Assembly (NCBI RefSeq): GCF_006345805.1
Contig: NC_043012.1
Span: 3,348,001 to 3,412,000, forward strand
Direction of reading: 5' to 3'
From: Octopus sinensis
Lineage: Eukaryota
Length of the DNA: 64,000 nt
Position numbers and translations under genes: made by a program. Positions 61,649 to 64,000 of this stretch are shown piece after piece. Under the pieces are notes generated by a model. It saw only the letters and a list, made by a program, of their open reading frames with translations. It searched no databases and was not told the origin of the DNA. Position 1 is the stretch's first letter. The number at the start of each line of letters is the position of its first letter.

Positions 61649-62775
61649 GAAGATGTACAGAAAACAGATACCATCACATGCTGGGTTGGGGGACTAGAAG
61701 TAGTTGATAACTTCCATTACCTAGGTAACTGTCTGTAGTGAGGGTGGTTGCTCTGAGAGTGTAGCAGCTAGAATAAGAATAGCCTGGGCAAAATTCAGGG
61801 AGCTCCTACCTCTGCTGGAACTAAGGGCCTCTCATGAAAGGTACAATATATATGATGCATGTGTGAGTACTACGATGCTACATGGCAGTGAAACATGGGC
61901 CATGACTGCTGAGGACATGTGTAGGCTTGAAAGAAATGACGCTACTATGATCCGCTGGATGTGTAATGTCAGTGTGCATACACGACAGAGTGTGAATGCC
62001 CTGAGAGAAAAGTTGGCCATAAGAAGCATCAAATGTGTTGTGCAAGAGAGATGACTGCACTGGAATGGTCATGTGTTATGTATGGATGAGGACAGCTGTG
62101 TGAGGAAGTGCCACACCCTGACTGTGGAAGGAACCTATGGAAGAGGTAGACCCAGGAAGACATGGGATGAGGTGGTGAAGCATGACCTTCGAACATTGGG
62201 CCTCACAGAGGCAATGCAGGAGACCAAAACCTTCGGAAATATGCTGTGATTGAGAAGACCCAGCAACCAAGGTGAGATTGCAGCCATGGCCGATGCCAGT
62301 GTTGCATGTCCGGCCCATTTAAGAGCACCCTTGATGCACCAGGCAATATGATATGCTTCAGAAGACCTGTTGAATCATGTAAAACCAAAATCGTGGCTGT
62401 GGCCAGTAACCCCTGACTAGCACCCGTGCTGGTGGCACGTAAAATGCACCATTCAAACGTGGCCAATGCCAGTACCCTCTGGCTGGCTCCCATGCCAGTG
62501 GCACATAAAAAGCACCATCCAAATGTGACTGATGCTAGTACTTCCTGACTGGCTCCTGTACTGGTGGCACGTAAAAAGCACTATCCAAACATGATCAATG
62601 CCAGGGCCACCCACTACACTCTCAGAGTGGTTGGCATTAGGAAGAGCACCCAGCTGTAGAAACATTGCCAGATCAGATTGAAGCCTGGTGCAGCTACTGG
62701 CTCTCCAGACCTCAGTCAAACCGTCCATCCCATGCCAGTATGGAGAACGGACGTTAGACGATGATGATGATGATA
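61649..62775 (+). mobile_element. 5'-truncated RTE LINE abutting a SINE head
   Basis: LEVVDNFHYLG...RIRIAWAKFRELLPLL...MLHGSETW...GRGRPRKTWDEVVKHDL, then 3' UTR with three subrepeats and GAT tail. Confidence 0.8.
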
Positions 62776-64000
62776 ATCTTAAGCATTTGTACTTACTAAA
62801 TTACATCCTTGTTTTAGTAATTGATTTACATCCTGGTTGAAAAATATATAGGGCACATTTATCCAACCCTTATGTGAAATGTTATCTGCATTTATCTCTG
62901 TACTTAACAGTGAACTTGGTAAATGAGGTACTTCATGTAGTAATTTTTTTTTTTCAAGTCCTTTTCGTAGAATAACTTGCACACTCTCCTTTACAAGAGT
63001 GTATAAGTAGTGACAAGTGTAATGAAACAAAAGCATTCCAGATCTCAACTGAAGTTAGAATGGCACGTATGGGTCTTTTTTGTTTGTTTGCATATGTTTC
63101 TTCTTATTTCCTCCATGTGGATTTTTAGATATTGTTGGCATAGAAAATCCCACAAAATACAGGATGATCGTGGCTGGAATGCTTTTATTGATATGTCTGC
63201 TCAATCTGAGTGAATCTGGAGTAGTGGATCTCAACCAGGGTCCATATGTATCATAGATGTCTCACCGAGGAGGTTTTATGACACCAAAACATGTCTGGAG
63301 TTTTCCTTATTCTTACCAAGCCAAAGACCAGACAACCCCATCTAATTTTCTATCAAGTTTTTAATTTGAATTTCACTGAGTTCTCTCCTTTGCCTTTCAT
63401 GACAAGACTTATCATTATCATCATTGATTTGGCCTTTCATTATGGATGTAAATTCATTATCATCATTGATTATCATCGTTGTTTCCCATGCTTACATGGG
63501 TTGAATAGTTTACATGAGGCATATACAGCTGGATACATTTCCTGTTGCCAACCTCCACCGGTTTCCAAATAAGGTAATATTTCCTGACAGCCAGATATGT
63601 TCACACAGAATATTCAACAAGAATGACTGCTTGTATGTGAGTGACACTCACAACTATCACTTGGTATCAAGACAAGGAGGGACACACAAACACACACACG
63701 CACGCGCGCGCCTGACTTGTTTCAGTTTCTATCTACCAAATTTTCTCACAAGACTTTGGTTGACCTGATGCCATTGTAGAAGACACTGGGTTTTTTTTTT
63801 GTGCCAGTGTGAAGTGTTTCCATTCTCTAATGCGTGAGAGTATTGTGATAATGGTAATGATGATGTCATATGACTATGGATTTTTCCCACATCCATAATT
63901 AATAGGAGTTAGGTCATATCAATAGCAAGTGTTACCAACATCACCACCACAACCATCGCTAGCACCACTACAGCCACCACATGCATCGCTAACACCACCA

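Overview
AT-rich, intron-dominated animal DNA. The repeat complement looks like Octopus; that is inferred from recalled SINE/LINE families, not from a search. The only supportable host gene is an internal part of INTS14/VWA9 (Integrator subunit 14) on the + strand. It has four phase-compatible coding exons (1477-1868, 23037-23179, 39974-40178, 58359-58438; 820 nt) separated by 17-21 kb introns, and both ends of the gene lie outside the window. The rest is intronic: tRNA-derived SINEs, 5'-truncated RTE and CR1-type LINEs, a decayed Gypsy pol, Helitron/Helentron-like elements, hAT, Tc1/mariner and piggyBac-like MITEs, and long TA/CA microsatellites. Almost all short ORFs in the track are microsatellite or repeat artefacts. 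The most interesting signal is not visible in the ORF track: a set of short (TA)n-anchored elements carrying type I hammerhead ribozyme (HHR) motifs of the Penelope/retrozyme kind. One is a ~435-bp near-perfect fold-back (29013-29447) with a complete HHR in each arm, so the sense ribozyme in the INTS14 pre-mRNA is preceded by its own antisense copy. Other notable items are an ORF1-only zinc-knuckle retro-insertion with a 13-bp TSD inside a SINE head, a 12-Ala tract in an INTS14 exon, a SINE/LINE pair with shared 3' ends, and a 15-unit dimeric minisatellite in a LINE 3' UTR. All calls were read by eye. Boundaries of decayed repeats are approximate, family names come from memory, and no ribozyme activity is demonstrated.
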